A stretch of 64,000 bases of DNA from an uncultured Mycoplasmatota bacterium (GTDB taxonomy: Bacteria > Bacillota_I > Bacilli_A > RF39 > UBA660), in assembly GCA_900547225.1 (NCBI GenBank), contig URFW01000003.1, forward strand, positions 13,054 to 77,053. Direction: 5' to 3'. Positions 17,981-29,106 of the stretch are shown in pieces. The translations under genes were made by a program, and so were the position numbers. A model generated the notes under the pieces. It made no database searches. It saw only the letters and a program-made list of their open reading frames with translations, and was not told the origin of the DNA. Each line of letters opens with the position of its first letter. Position 1 is the first letter of the stretch.

Positions 17981-19729
17981 ATGATGGAAAATAAAGATAA
18001 GAAAAAAAGTATAAAAGAATTTAAAAATATATATAAACTTATAAAAGAAGATAAAGGAAAGCTGATATTTGCATTTATTTGTGTGTTCTTAAGCTCTATG
18101 CTTTCAATAACAAACGGATGGTTGCAAGGTAAAGTAACTGAAGAAATAGTAGCTAAAAACCTAAAAACATCACTTATTTTCTTGCTTATATATTTTATTA
18201 TAGACATATTATTTAATAACTTTTTAAGTAATATAGGTGTTATGATTTCAAGCAAGATAGAAGCTAAACTCTCTAAAAAATTAAGTATCATGGTTTATAA
18301 AAAATCTCTTAACTTGCCAGCTTATGCTTTTGAGGAAAAAACAAGTGGTGAGTTAATAAATCGTATAACATCTGATACAGAAACTTTATCAAATACGTTT
18401 AATAGTATTATTCAAACTCTTATAAATGCATTTGGATGTTTACTTATATTGATTTATATATTCTTTAATTCAATTGTTGTTGGAATGGAAATAGTTATAT
18501 TTTTAATAGTTATTTTTGCAATAACAAAAATATTTAATCCTAAGATTAAAAAAATAAATCAAGAATTAAAGGCTAAAAAAGATGATTATACTGCACTTTC
18601 TGCAGAATCTATAAGAGGTATTAGAGAGATTAAAACTTTAGGTATAAAGAAAAATTTAATAGGTGAAATATCATCTTTAAGAGAGTTGATTTATAAGAAA
18701 GATACTGAAGATATAAATTTACACAGAACTTATTCAATTATTATGTGGGCAATCAAAATATTATTAGAGTCACTTGTATTTGCAACTTGTGTTATTGGTA
18801 TTTACCTAGGTAAAACATCACTTGGATTTTTTATGGCTATGACTTGGTATGTTTACAAATTTACTTGGCTAATTGATAATTTAACTAATATGAATAGAAT
18901 GTATCAAAGATTATTTGTATCAATAAGAAGAATAAATGAGATAATAGATAATACGTTATACGAAGATGATAAATTTGGCACTTTATCTTTAAAAAACATA
19001 AAGGGTGAGATAAGGTTTGATAACGTATCTTTTGGTTATCCTAATGAAGATGCTACTTTAAAGGATTTTTCTGTTTCGTTTGCGCCTAATAAGAAGATAG
19101 CGGTAGTAGGTAAATCTGGACAAGGTAAGTCAACACTATTTAACTTAATAACCAGAATATTTGATGCAACAAGTGGGAATATATACTTAGATGATGTTAA
19201 TTTAAAAGATTTAAGTGAAGAGTCCTTAAGAAGAAACATATCTATAATAAGACAAGAACCATTTTTATTTAATAGAACTATTAAAGAAAATTTTACAATT
19301 GTTAAGCCTGATATTACGCTAAAGGAAATAAAAAAATATTGTAAGATGGCATACTTAGATGATTATATTGAAAGTCTTCCTGATAAATATGATACTAAGT
19401 TAGGTGAAGGTGGTGTTAACCTATCAGGTGGTCAAAAACAAAGGCTTTCAATTGCAAGAGCACTTGCTAAAGAAAGTAAAGTAATCTTATTTGATGAAGC
19501 GACAAGTGCACTAGATAATGAATCACAAGGCTACATAAAGAAAGTTATAGATTCTTTAGTAAAAGATCATACGATAATAATAATTGCACACAGACTATCA
19601 ACAATAATAGATTCAGATATTATATACGTTGTTGATGATGGAAGGGTAAGTTGCTTTGGAACGCATGAAAGTCTTTTAAAAACAAGTAAAATATATAAGA
19701 GTTTATATGAAAGCGAAGATAAAAATTAA
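17981..19729 (+). CDS. ABC transporter, fused permease/ATP-binding protein (type I exporter)
   Basis: Six-TM N-terminal half, Walker A GKSGQGKST, signature LSGGQKQR, Walker B ILFDEATSALD. Start set to ATG 17981, which is 6 nt after GGAAGGTG. Confidence 0.85.
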   Translation: MMENKDKKKSIKEFKNIYKLIKEDKGKLIFAFICVFLSSMLSITNGWLQGKVTEEIVAKNLKTSLIFLLIYFIIDILFNNFLSNIGVMISSKIEAKLSKKLSIMVYKKSLNLPAYAFEEKTSGELINRITSDTETLSNTFNSIIQTLINAFGCLLILIYIFFNSIVVGMEIVIFLIVIFAITKIFNPKIKKINQELKAKKDDYTALSAESIRGIREIKTLGIKKNLIGEISSLRELIYKKDTEDINLHRTYSIIMWAIKILLESLVFATCVIGIYLGKTSLGFFMAMTWYVYKFTWLIDNLTNMNRMYQRLFVSIRRINEIIDNTLYEDDKFGTLSLKNIKGEIRFDNVSFGYPNEDATLKDFSVSFAPNKKIAVVGKSGQGKSTLFNLITRIFDATSGNIYLDDVNLKDLSEESLRRNISIIRQEPFLFNRTIKENFTIVKPDITLKEIKKYCKMAYLDDYIESLPDKYDTKLGEGGVNLSGGQKQRLSIARALAKESKVILFDEATSALDNESQGYIKKVIDSLVKDHTIIIIAHRLSTIIDSDIIYVVDDGRVSCFGTHESLLKTSKIYKSLYESEDKN

Positions 19730-19788
19730 TCTTCGTTTTTTTGTATATTTACGCTTTATTTTACATAAAATAAAATGTATAAATATTT

Positions 19789-19815
19789 TTAGCACTCTTA
19801 CTTGACAAGTGCTAA
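19789..19815. promoter_or_regulatory. CIRCE-like inverted repeat (TTAGCACTC-N9-AAGTGCTAA) overlapping a sigma-A promoter (TTGACA-17-TATAAC) upstream of hsp20
   Basis: Matches the HrcA operator consensus TTAGCACTC-N9-GAGTGCTAA at 17 of 18 positions. The -35 TTGACA is at 19802-19807 and the -10 at 19825-19830. Confidence 0.65.
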
Positions 19816-19855
19816 AAATAGTGGTATAACATAATTAGAAAGGAAGATGAGATAT

Positions 19856-20248
19856 ATGAGTTTAATCCCAAGAAATTATTTCGGTGATATTTTTGAAGAC
19901 TTTATGCCAAGTACAAAGGAAGATAATATGAAGTGCGATATTTATGAAAAGGACGGTGCTTACAATATTGAAATGGACGTTCCAGGATTTAATAAGGATG
20001 AAATAAAAATCGAAGCTAAGAAGGATTATTTAACTATAACTGCTGAGAAATCTGATGAAGTAAATGATGAAGATAAGGACAGAAACTACATTCATCGTGA
20101 AAGAAGTTATGGTAAGTATCAAAGATCTTTCTACTTACACGACTTAGATTCTGATAAAGTTGATGCAGAATTTACTAACGGAGTACTAAAAATTACTGTT
20201 CCTAAAAAAGACGAAGCAACTGAAAAAAAATACATCGAAATTAAATAA
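19856..20248 (+). CDS. Hsp20/alpha-crystallin family small heat-shock protein
   Basis: Alpha-crystallin domain (YNIEMDVPGFNKDEIKIE...GVLKITVPK). Start taken at ATG 19856 (MSLIPR...), which is 12 nt after GAAAGGAAG. Confidence 0.85.
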   Translation: MSLIPRNYFGDIFEDFMPSTKEDNMKCDIYEKDGAYNIEMDVPGFNKDEIKIEAKKDYLTITAEKSDEVNDEDKDRNYIHRERSYGKYQRSFYLHDLDSDKVDAEFTNGVLKITVPKKDEATEKKYIEIK

Positions 20249-20389
20249 TAACATGAAGGTGCTAGAGGTAGCATCTTTTTTTGTTGTAATTTGATAAAAA
20301 CTATGCTAGAATATGTAGCTGGTGTAGTATTAAGTAGTAAAAATAAAAAATATTTTAGATGAAGTTATATATGGAGATATGGGGGAATT

Positions 20390-21550
20390 ATGGCAAAAAA
20401 AGAAAAAATAAATAAGGAACAAGAAGAGCTAAAGCAAAGAAGGCAGTATAATATAGATCACAATTTACCTTCTGAAGAATTAAAAGACATAAGAAAGAAT
20501 TTGTGGTTACACAATACTTTGTATAAAATAATGAGTCTTTTTAACACAATTAGTGGATTTGAAAAAGATTTTGAAAGATATAAATTTAATTTTAATGGTA
20601 GACCAATTATTTTTGCTTTTAATCATGTTAGAATGCAAGATATAGCAATTGAAATGGAGGCCATAAAAAATCATATGGTATTATTATCTGGTGATTTTAA
20701 AAACGTCCATCCGGATATTTCAGGTAAATTATTAGAAAAAAATGGTGTAATTTATTTTGATATGAAAAATCCATATGATAGCTCTGAATTAAAAGAACAA
20801 AGAAAATATTTAGAAGAGATAGAAAGCTATTTAAATGATGATTTAAGTGGAGTACTAAAAGAAGAATATAATAGGGCAAAAGGTGAATATGAAACCAATT
20901 TGAAATCACTTATAAACGATAGACATAATGTTAAAAAGGTTATAAATGATGTATTACAATCTGGGTATAATATGCTATGGTTTTATGAGGGATCTTGGAA
21001 TTTATCTGAAAATAAACCATATTATGAAGGTTATAATTACATGGTAGAAGCTGCATTAAAAAACAATGCAATAGTAATTCCTGGAGCATTTGAAATAATA
21101 GATATACCAGGTAAGAGAAAAAGACGAGCAATAGTAAGATTAGGAAAACCAATTGACTATACCAAAATGTATGATATTAATACTCTTACTAAAGAAGAGA
21201 AAAATGAAGGATTAGATTTAATAAAAGGCCAAATAGGAGGATTGTTATTTGATATATGGGATAAGTACTCAAATGTTTCAAGAGAAAATTTAGAAGAAAA
21301 ATATGTCAAAACTCTAACAACTAAAGATTATTTTGTGCCTGATTATAAAAGAAAAAGCCCACTTATAAAATGTTTTGAAGAATATATGAACAAGGTATTA
21401 AGTGAGTGGAAATTTAGTCTGGAAGATATAGAAGAAAAACATTTTGTTGATAAAAACATAGTAGAACAAAGCAAGGCTTTTGAACACCTTGATAACTTAA
21501 ATTTAAATAAAAATAATGCATTTTTATTATCAAAGAGAAATCATCATTAA
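20390..21550 (+). CDS. putative acyltransferase (PlsC-like HxxxxD motif) family protein
   Basis: FAFNHVRMQD matches acyltransferase motif I (H-x4-D). The rest is unassigned. RBS GGGGGAATT-ATG. Confidence 0.45.
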   Translation: MAKKEKINKEQEELKQRRQYNIDHNLPSEELKDIRKNLWLHNTLYKIMSLFNTISGFEKDFERYKFNFNGRPIIFAFNHVRMQDIAIEMEAIKNHMVLLSGDFKNVHPDISGKLLEKNGVIYFDMKNPYDSSELKEQRKYLEEIESYLNDDLSGVLKEEYNRAKGEYETNLKSLINDRHNVKKVINDVLQSGYNMLWFYEGSWNLSENKPYYEGYNYMVEAALKNNAIVIPGAFEIIDIPGKRKRRAIVRLGKPIDYTKMYDINTLTKEEKNEGLDLIKGQIGGLLFDIWDKYSNVSRENLEEKYVKTLTTKDYFVPDYKRKSPLIKCFEEYMNKVLSEWKFSLEDIEEKHFVDKNIVEQSKAFEHLDNLNLNKNNAFLLSKRNHH

Positions 21551-21620
21551 TTTGATGATTTTTTATTTGCAAAGAAGCTTATTTTCATGTTATACTCTAG
21601 TTATAAAATAGGAGGCTTTT

Positions 21621-23411
21621 ATGAATAACTTATATTTTCCAATATGTGCAGTACTTATAAACATTTTAATTGTAGTAGTATTTTTTAGTAAAAAAAGAAT
21701 TCATAGTGATGAAACAAGAGCATATTCTAACCTTATAATAATTGCGTTGTTAGAATCCTCTTTAGCGTGCCTTTTAGTGGTATTAATGAACCTATATGGA
21801 ATTCCTAAGTATATCTATAACATCCACAGAATAGATTATATTTTAATATTGTTTTGGGTATGGGCGTTATTTAACTATGTACTTATAGTTTCTGTTTATA
21901 ATAATAAAAAGTTAAGAGGGGTAATTCAAAAGTCTACTTTTATAGTAAATATTTTAGTTTCAATTTGCTTTTTCTTTTTAAACGTTAATGTTATAAACAA
22001 AGATGGAATAATTGATACTAATGGTAGTGCGATGAACTTACTTGTAAGCATGTTAGGAATTTACGTGATATTAATCTTGCTTCTAGTATTTAAATCATTA
22101 ATTAAAAATATTAAAAGTTCTAATAACAAAAAATTTATACCATTATTTTTTCTGGCATTATTAGGAATATTATCTCTTGTAATTAGAAGGTTTGCACCGG
22201 AAATATTATTAATTTCATTAGTTGCAGCATACGCTGATTTAATAATGTTTTTTACAATAGAAAATCCCGATGTAAAAATGATATATGAGCTTAACAGAAA
22301 TAAAAAATTATTAGAAAGCATGAGTGAAGAAAAATCTAACTTTTTATTTAGTATGACTCAAGATACTAAAAAGCCTATTGATAATATTTTGGAAGTAAGC
22401 AAAATACTTTTAGACGATAAAAATAAGGAAGATATGAAAACAGGTATTAAAGTTATAGAAAATAATGCTAGAGGACTTAAAAACATCATTAATAACGTAT
22501 TAGATATTTCAAATATATCATCTAGTAAGTTAGTTGTTTCAAACGAAACTTATAATGCTATTTCACTTTTAAATGAATGTATAAAGAAAATAGAAAAAGA
22601 TGTTAATAAGAACGTTACAATAGAAACAGAAATAAGTAAGAACATACCAGATGAGTTATATGGTGATAGCGTTAAGCTAAAACAAGTAATAATGAGTATT
22701 TTAATTAATGCTTCTAAGTATACTAAAGAGGGCTATATAAAGGTAAGTGCTAATGAAATAGTTAAGTATGATGTATGCCGTTTAATTATTGAGATAGAAG
22801 ATACCGGATGCGGAATGAGCGTTGATAAATTAAATGAACTTTTAAAAACTAATACTGATTTAGAAGATACTGACCTTTTAAAACTTAATAGTTTGGATGT
22901 AGATTTAAAACTTGCTTTTAAAATAATTAGAAAATTAGGTGGTTTTATAAATATTAGAAGTGAAAAAGAAAAGGGAAGTACGTTTACTATAATTTTAGAC
23001 CAAAAAATAAAAGTTAGTAAAGATTATTATAGTGAGTACATCTTTAATAAGAAAAAGGTAATGGTTGTAAGTGATAAATTGCAAACTTTAAAAGATATAA
23101 ATACTTTAGCTAGCAAGTATGACATAGAACTTTTAACTACAATGCATAGTAGTGATATTATAGAAAGAGTAAAAGATGGTGAGAGTTTTGACTTAATTCT
23201 TTTAGAAGATGATATGAAGCCTATAAGCGGTTTTGGTACGCTTGGAAAACTTCAAGAAGCAAAAGAAGGATTTAATGTTCCAACCGTTATAATGCTAAAC
23301 AAGAACAAAGAATCAATAAAGGATCATTATGTTGAGGATGGATTTAGTAATTACATAAGAAAACAAAATCTAGAAGAAGACTTCGATAAAGTAATAAAAA
23401 AATATATATAA
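21621..23411 (+). CDS. membrane histidine-kinase-like protein with degenerate H-box (His replaced by Gln) and C-terminal receiver-like domain
   Basis: Six to seven N-terminal TM helices. A DHp-like region SNFLFSMTQDTKKPI sits where kinases have S-x-F-L-A-x-M-S-H-E-L-R-T-P-L. An intact HATPase_c follows (N-box ILINASKYT, G1 EDTGCGM, G2 GGFINIRSEKEKGSTFTI), then a roughly 120-aa CheY-like domain (DLILLEDDMKP). Confidence 0.65.
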   Translation: MNNLYFPICAVLINILIVVVFFSKKRIHSDETRAYSNLIIIALLESSLACLLVVLMNLYGIPKYIYNIHRIDYILILFWVWALFNYVLIVSVYNNKKLRGVIQKSTFIVNILVSICFFFLNVNVINKDGIIDTNGSAMNLLVSMLGIYVILILLLVFKSLIKNIKSSNNKKFIPLFFLALLGILSLVIRRFAPEILLISLVAAYADLIMFFTIENPDVKMIYELNRNKKLLESMSEEKSNFLFSMTQDTKKPIDNILEVSKILLDDKNKEDMKTGIKVIENNARGLKNIINNVLDISNISSSKLVVSNETYNAISLLNECIKKIEKDVNKNVTIETEISKNIPDELYGDSVKLKQVIMSILINASKYTKEGYIKVSANEIVKYDVCRLIIEIEDTGCGMSVDKLNELLKTNTDLEDTDLLKLNSLDVDLKLAFKIIRKLGGFINIRSEKEKGSTFTIILDQKIKVSKDYYSEYIFNKKKVMVVSDKLQTLKDINTLASKYDIELLTTMHSSDIIERVKDGESFDLILLEDDMKPISGFGTLGKLQEAKEGFNVPTVIMLNKNKESIKDHYVEDGFSNYIRKQNLEEDFDKVIKKYI

Positions 23412-23486
23412 ATAAGGTGCTTTTAGTATCTTATTTTTTCTTTTGTTATGATATAATCATTATAGAATAGGAAAAGAGGTTAGGTT

Positions 23487-25796
23487 ATGACAGAACTAGA
23501 AAGATTAGATGGCTATTTTAGAGCGGCTAATTATATATCGGCTTGTCAACTTTATTTGCTTGATAATCCACTTTTAAAAAGACCACTTAAAGCATCAGAC
23601 ATTAAAAAGAAAATAGTAGGTCACTGGGGAACTGTTCCAGGACAAAACTTTATTTATACTCATCTAGACAGGGTAATTAATAAATATGATTTAGATATGA
23701 TTTATATATCAGGCCCAGGTCATGGTGGTAACTTTATGATTGCTAATACCTACTTAGAAGGTAGTTATACCGAAAAGTATCCTAATATTACTCAGGATGA
23801 AGCAGGTTTGCAAAAGTTATTTAAACAATTTTCATTTCCAGGTGGTGTTCCAAGTCATGTTGCACCAGAAACTCCGGGTTCAATTCATGAAGGAGGAGAA
23901 TTAGGTTATTCACTTAGTCATGCTTTTGGAGCAGTTTTTGATAATCCAAATTTAATTGCAGCGTGCATAGTAGGAGATGGAGAAGCAGAAACAGGGCCAC
24001 TTGCAACAAGTTGGCATGGAATAAAATTTTTAAATAAGAAGACTGATGGTGCAGTACTTCCTATACTTCATTTAAATGGTTATAAAATAAGTAATCCAAC
24101 TATTTTCTCTAGAATGAGCAACGAAGAACTTGCTAGTTTCTTTTATGGATGTGGATATAAAGCTTATTTAGTAGAAGGCTCTGACGAACTTTTAATGCAT
24201 AAAAAAATGGCATCAACAATGGATGCGGTAATTAATGATATTAAAGAAATCAAGAAATCAAATGATGATGAAAAGCCAAGGTGGCCAATGATTATTTTAA
24301 GAACTCCTAAAGGTTGGACGGGTCCAAAAAAAGTTGATGGTAAAAATATAGAAGGCTCTTTTAGAGCACATCAAGTTCCTGTTTCTATGGACAAAAAAGA
24401 ACATATTAAAATACTTGAAGATTGGCTTAGAAGTTATAAACCAGAAGAATTGTTTGATTCTAATGGAAAATTAAAAAAAGAGTATGAAAGTGTTTGTCCA
24501 AAAGGTGATAAACGCATGGGTTCAAGTTTATATACTAATGGAGGTTACTTAAGAAAAGATTTAATTATGCCTGACTTTAGAAATTATAAAGTTGATGTTC
24601 CTTATCCAGGTAGTGTTAAAAATCAAGATATGCTTGTATTAAGTTCATTTATAAAAGATATATTTTCTCTTAATAATGAAAACAAAAACTTTAGAATTTT
24701 TGGACCAGATGAAACCATGTCAAACAGGTTATATGATGTTTTTGATGTAACTAATAGAGATTGGCAACTAGACATAAAAGAAAATGATGAATATTTATCT
24801 AAAGATGGTAGGGTAATGGATTCAATGCTTTCAGAACATATGTGTGAGGGAATGCTAGAAGGTTACCTTTTAACTGGTAGACACGGATTTTTTGCTAGCT
24901 ACGAAGCGTTTATAAGAATTGTTGATTCAATGGCAGCACAACATGCTAAATGGCTTAAAGTATGTAATGAAATTTCTTGGAGAAAACCTATTTCATCACT
25001 TAACTTTTTGTTAGCATCAAACGTATGGCAACAAGATCATAATGGTTTTACTCACCAAGATCCAGGCTTTATGGATCATATTGCAAATAAAAAGGTAGAT
25101 GTTATTAGAATATATTTACCACCAGATGCTAACTGTTTGTTATCTTGTATGGACCACTGTTTAAAAAGTAAGAATTACGTAAACGTTGTAATAGCATCAA
25201 AACATCCATCTTATCAGTGGCTTAATATGGATGATGCCGTAAGACATTGTACTAATGGTATTGGTATATGGAATTTTGTTAGCAACGACGCTAATCCAGA
25301 TTTAATAATGGCTTGTGCAGGTGATACGCCAACTATTGAAGCAATCGCAGCAACAAAGATACTAAAGTCTTATTTACCAGATTTAAAAATAAGATTTATA
25401 AATGTTGTTGACTTAATGAAGTTAGATTCTACAACTAATCATCCACATGCTTTAAATGATATAGCATACGATTATTTATTTACTAAAGATAAACCAATTA
25501 TTTTTGCATTTCATGGTTACCCAACATTAATTCATGAATTAACTTACTTTAGACATAATCATAATATACATGTTCATGGATATGTTGAAGAAGGAACTAT
25601 TACAACTGCATTTGATATGAGAGTTAAAAATAAGATAGATAGGTTTAACTTAGTAATAGATGCTGTAAATAACCTAGATTTAGGTAATATAGGTGAAAAA
25701 ATAATTAGTGATATGAATAAAAAACTAGAAGAACATAATAATTATATTAAAGAATATGGAGAAGATTTAGAGGAAATAAGAAATTGGAGGTTTTAA
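23487..25796 (+). CDS. xfp: xylulose-5-phosphate/fructose-6-phosphate phosphoketolase
   Basis: GHWGTxPG and ISGPGHGG thiamine-diphosphate motifs, 769 aa. Confidence 0.9.
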   Translation: MTELERLDGYFRAANYISACQLYLLDNPLLKRPLKASDIKKKIVGHWGTVPGQNFIYTHLDRVINKYDLDMIYISGPGHGGNFMIANTYLEGSYTEKYPNITQDEAGLQKLFKQFSFPGGVPSHVAPETPGSIHEGGELGYSLSHAFGAVFDNPNLIAACIVGDGEAETGPLATSWHGIKFLNKKTDGAVLPILHLNGYKISNPTIFSRMSNEELASFFYGCGYKAYLVEGSDELLMHKKMASTMDAVINDIKEIKKSNDDEKPRWPMIILRTPKGWTGPKKVDGKNIEGSFRAHQVPVSMDKKEHIKILEDWLRSYKPEELFDSNGKLKKEYESVCPKGDKRMGSSLYTNGGYLRKDLIMPDFRNYKVDVPYPGSVKNQDMLVLSSFIKDIFSLNNENKNFRIFGPDETMSNRLYDVFDVTNRDWQLDIKENDEYLSKDGRVMDSMLSEHMCEGMLEGYLLTGRHGFFASYEAFIRIVDSMAAQHAKWLKVCNEISWRKPISSLNFLLASNVWQQDHNGFTHQDPGFMDHIANKKVDVIRIYLPPDANCLLSCMDHCLKSKNYVNVVIASKHPSYQWLNMDDAVRHCTNGIGIWNFVSNDANPDLIMACAGDTPTIEAIAATKILKSYLPDLKIRFINVVDLMKLDSTTNHPHALNDIAYDYLFTKDKPIIFAFHGYPTLIHELTYFRHNHNIHVHGYVEEGTITTAFDMRVKNKIDRFNLVIDAVNNLDLGNIGEKIISDMNKKLEEHNNYIKEYGEDLEEIRNWRF

Positions 25797-25912
25797 CACA
25801 AATGTTAAAATAAATTGACAAAATTCCACCTTAAATTGCTAGACTTAAATAAGACTAAATGGTAATCTATTGTCATCAAATTTAAATTTGAAAAAAGGAG
25901 AAAGTATTTTAT

Positions 25913-26656
25913 ATGAAATTTTATGAAAAGTTAATTATATTAAGAAAGAAAGCTTTGTTATCTCAAGAAGAACTTGCTGAAAAACTTGATGTTACAAGGC
26001 AAACCATTTCAAAATGGGAACTTGGTCAATCAAAACCTGATATTGATAAATTACAAATGATGAGTAAGTTATTTGAAGTTGATGTTAATACACTTACTAA
26101 TGAAGAAATATCTTTAGAAGATAAGGTTGAAACAAAAGAACATAAAAATAATAAAAAAGAAGATGGTGATAGAAAGTTTATTCTATATATATTAATAATT
26201 ATTTTTATAGCATCACTAGCATTTTTAACATATAGAGTAGGAACTGATATAAAAGCTAAAAAAGATGAAATAAAAGAAGAATTAAGAAAAGAAAAAGAAA
26301 AGGCCGAAAAAGATGAAAAAGAATTTAAAGATAAATTTAATAAAGATATGGAAGAATCAGATTTAAAATTTGATAAAAATAGTTTTAATAGTAATTATAC
26401 TTTTTATTCGGGAACTCAGCCAGGACAAAGTGTATCAATGTTAATCGATAATATAATAAATAAAAATAAAACTGAGAAAGATCATTTAGTCGAACTTACA
26501 TTTGATAATACATCATATGGAACTGATTCAGATAATATTAAACAGACAAAAAATATGATTCAAACCTTTAAAGGTTATGATATTCAGTATTATGAGGTAT
26601 CTATGGATTATGATGATAATGGTTATGTAAATAAAGTAACCATAGAAACTAGATAG
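25913..26656 (+). CDS. XRE-family HTH transcriptional regulator, membrane-anchored
   Basis: N-terminal LSQEELAEKLDVTRQTISKWELGQSKP HTH_3, a single TM, and a Lys/Glu-rich C-terminal extracytoplasmic domain. Confidence 0.7.
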   Translation: MKFYEKLIILRKKALLSQEELAEKLDVTRQTISKWELGQSKPDIDKLQMMSKLFEVDVNTLTNEEISLEDKVETKEHKNNKKEDGDRKFILYILIIIFIASLAFLTYRVGTDIKAKKDEIKEELRKEKEKAEKDEKEFKDKFNKDMEESDLKFDKNSFNSNYTFYSGTQPGQSVSMLIDNIINKNKTEKDHLVELTFDNTSYGTDSDNIKQTKNMIQTFKGYDIQYYEVSMDYDDNGYVNKVTIETR

Positions 26657-26671
26657 CGAGGTGGAATAGCA

Positions 26672-27211
26672 ATGATAATAAATATATGTTTAATAATAGT
26701 TATAATAATAACAGGAATTCTACTAATAGATTATAACCGTTTTGTAAGAAAAAATAATAAGGTTAAAGAAAGACAGTCACATATTGATGTTTTACTTAAT
26801 CAAAGATTTGATTTAATACCAAACATAGTAGAAACAGTAAAGGGCTATGCAAAACACGAATCAAGTACTTTAGAAGAATTAGTTAACTTAAGATCATCGT
26901 ATAACAATAAAGGATTTAGTATTGAAGAGACAGAAAAAGTAGATAAAAAATTTAATAACATAATGATGCTGGCAGAAAGTTATCCTGATTTAAAGGCTAA
27001 TACTCAGTTTCTAAGTCTTCAAAATAGTTTAAATGATATAGAAAATAAGCTTAATTATGCTAGAACTAGTTACAATGATGCGGTAACTTCATACAATAAC
27101 TTGGTTGAATCTGTGCCATCTAATATAATAGCTAAAATGTTTTCTTTTAAAAGAAAAGAATTATTTAAAATTGATGAAGAAAAAAAGGCTAATGTAAAGG
27201 TTAATTTTTAA
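26672..27211 (+). CDS. lemA: LemA family protein
   Basis: N-terminal TM plus the conserved LemA core (NQRFDLIPNIVETVKGYAKHE...AESYPDLKAN). Confidence 0.8.
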   Translation: MIINICLIIVIIITGILLIDYNRFVRKNNKVKERQSHIDVLLNQRFDLIPNIVETVKGYAKHESSTLEELVNLRSSYNNKGFSIEETEKVDKKFNNIMMLAESYPDLKANTQFLSLQNSLNDIENKLNYARTSYNDAVTSYNNLVESVPSNIIAKMFSFKRKELFKIDEEKKANVKVNF

Positions 27212-27298
27212 AAATGAAAGTTAAGTTTGGGCTTAACTTTTTTTATGTAGTTTAATTTTAGTGTTAATTATATAATATGTAGTGTAGGAGATGATGTT

Positions 27299-27958
27299 AT
27301 GAATAGTATTTTTAAATCTAATTTTGTGAAATTATTGATAAGTATTTTAGCCATTGTTACAACTGGTACTTTAATTTTTATATCTATTAATAATAAAGAT
27401 AAGAAAACAGATTGGAAAGATAAGTATGTTATGTATTTAAAACAAAAGATATTTAACAATAATAATGAAACGTACGTGTGGCTTAATAACTTAAGTAGGG
27501 AAAATATTCCAAGTTTAATTGTTAAAACTAAAAATGATATACACGTTGTTCAAATAAGTAATGGTTATGCCATAGAACCATTTACATATAATGATGCAAG
27601 TTTATGCTATATTTATTCTAAAGAAAGAAAAGGTTATAATTGGTATGTAAGACATATGGAAGATGGTTATGTTACGTATACTGATATTTCTTATATGTAT
27701 AATCCAAACAAGCCAAATTATAGTTTCGTAGATTATAATAACTTTGATAATAACTATGTGTTAGATAAAAAAGAAGTTTCATACTACAAATTAGAAAAAT
27801 CAAATTTTGAAGAAGAATTTATTCGTTATGCAGATAATTATAAACCTGAAAAAAATGTAACTAATTCTATAGATACTAGCAAAACGACAAGTACTACTAC
27901 GAAAAATAGTACTTCAAAAGTTAAAGAAAGTACCCAAAAAATAATAAATTACAGGTAG
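27299..27958 (+). CDS. hypothetical secreted or membrane-anchored protein
   Basis: Signal-anchor, Tyr/Asn-rich body, and a C-terminal Thr/Ser-rich tail. Confidence 0.45.
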   Translation: MNSIFKSNFVKLLISILAIVTTGTLIFISINNKDKKTDWKDKYVMYLKQKIFNNNNETYVWLNNLSRENIPSLIVKTKNDIHVVQISNGYAIEPFTYNDASLCYIYSKERKGYNWYVRHMEDGYVTYTDISYMYNPNKPNYSFVDYNNFDNNYVLDKKEVSYYKLEKSNFEEEFIRYADNYKPEKNVTNSIDTSKTTSTTTKNSTSKVKESTQKIINYR

Positions 27959-27969
27959 GAAGTTATAGT

Positions 27970-28269
27970 TTGCAATACGGAACGTATAAGGGTATTGATT
28001 ATTATTACACGGATGATGTTAATTCAAAGTATGAAATAACTATTAAAATTAAAAGTGATAACACTTATGAGATTTTATCAAGTAACTCTAATGCTATAAC
28101 AAACTCTAACGGCAAAATAGAAATAATTAATAATACTTTTGGAGGAAGTAATAATAAGGCTATTAGATTAGGTGATAAATCATTTATCGTAGATAGTAAT
28201 AATACAATTACTTTTTCAGCAGGTAGTGGCTCATCATTGTTTTTCCTTCTTTTTTTTATAATTAGATAG
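27970..28269 (+). CDS. hypothetical small protein with C-terminal hydrophobic tail
   Basis: 99-aa ORF 11 nt after the previous stop. Confidence 0.35.
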   Translation: MQYGTYKGIDYYYTDDVNSKYEITIKIKSDNTYEILSSNSNAITNSNGKIEIINNTFGGSNNKAIRLGDKSFIVDSNNTITFSAGSGSSLFFLLFFIIR

Positions 28270-28559
28270 GCATTATATCATTATTATTAACATTATAAAT
28301 TAACGTTTACAAGAGTCTGAAAATAGTCATTTTTTTAAACTTTCCTTTTTTGCTTGTAATTCTACAATTCAAAAAACTTTTCTCATTATGATGTTCAGAT
28401 TACAAGCATTTATCAAAAAATAATTAACATAATAAAAAAGCTCGGAATATCCGAACGTCTTTATTTTTATAAAAGTTTTTCTGTCATATTGTATTTGAAA
28501 AGTCAACTGTTATTTGTTGAAAATTATGATTTTTTCTTATTATGTTGTCTTTACTTTAT

Positions 28560-29099
28560 CTATTTTATTTCTTTAATATTATTTAAAATTCCATTATAAT
28601 AATAGTCTTCTTGTTTGAAAATAAAAAGTGGCGTAGTATCATTATTTATAAAAATCAGATAAACAAAATCTCCTTTTTCAACCTTTCTAAAAAAATCTGA
28701 ATAAACAGGAAAATCTTTATTATATACTTTAGAATATTCTTTTAATGTTAGATAATGTTCTTTATCTGGATATTCATTGTCTTTGCTTAATGTTACCTCA
28801 ATGTTAGTTATTTGATCTAAAACTACTTTATAATTCCTATTTCTTATTTTTTTTATAATTTGCTTTTTTTTATTCAATTTAATCAAAGGTAATAAATTAA
28901 ACATTAAAGAAAATAAAATACAGAATATAAAATCACAGATTAAATTAAAAGTACTTAATTTATTAATATATATAAACGGTGATAATACTATTATTATTGA
29001 TGCTATAACAAAGATTACTGTAAAAATAACATCTGTTTTATATCCTGTTTCACTTTCCAATAATTTTTCGTTAATTTCTATTTTTTCTTTTTCTCTCAT
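28560..29099 (-). CDS. hypothetical membrane protein (2 TM N-terminal), second gene of a two-gene operon
   Basis: Follows 29107-29730 after an 8-nt gap. No motif. Confidence 0.45.
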   Translation of the reverse strand: MREKEKIEINEKLLESETGYKTDVIFTVIFVIASIIIVLSPFIYINKLSTFNLICDFIFCILFSLMFNLLPLIKLNKKKQIIKKIRNRNYKVVLDQITNIEVTLSKDNEYPDKEHYLTLKEYSKVYNKDFPVYSDFFRKVEKGDFVYLIFINNDTTPLFIFKQEDYYYNGILNNIKEIK

Positions 29100-29106
29100 A
29101 TTTACC

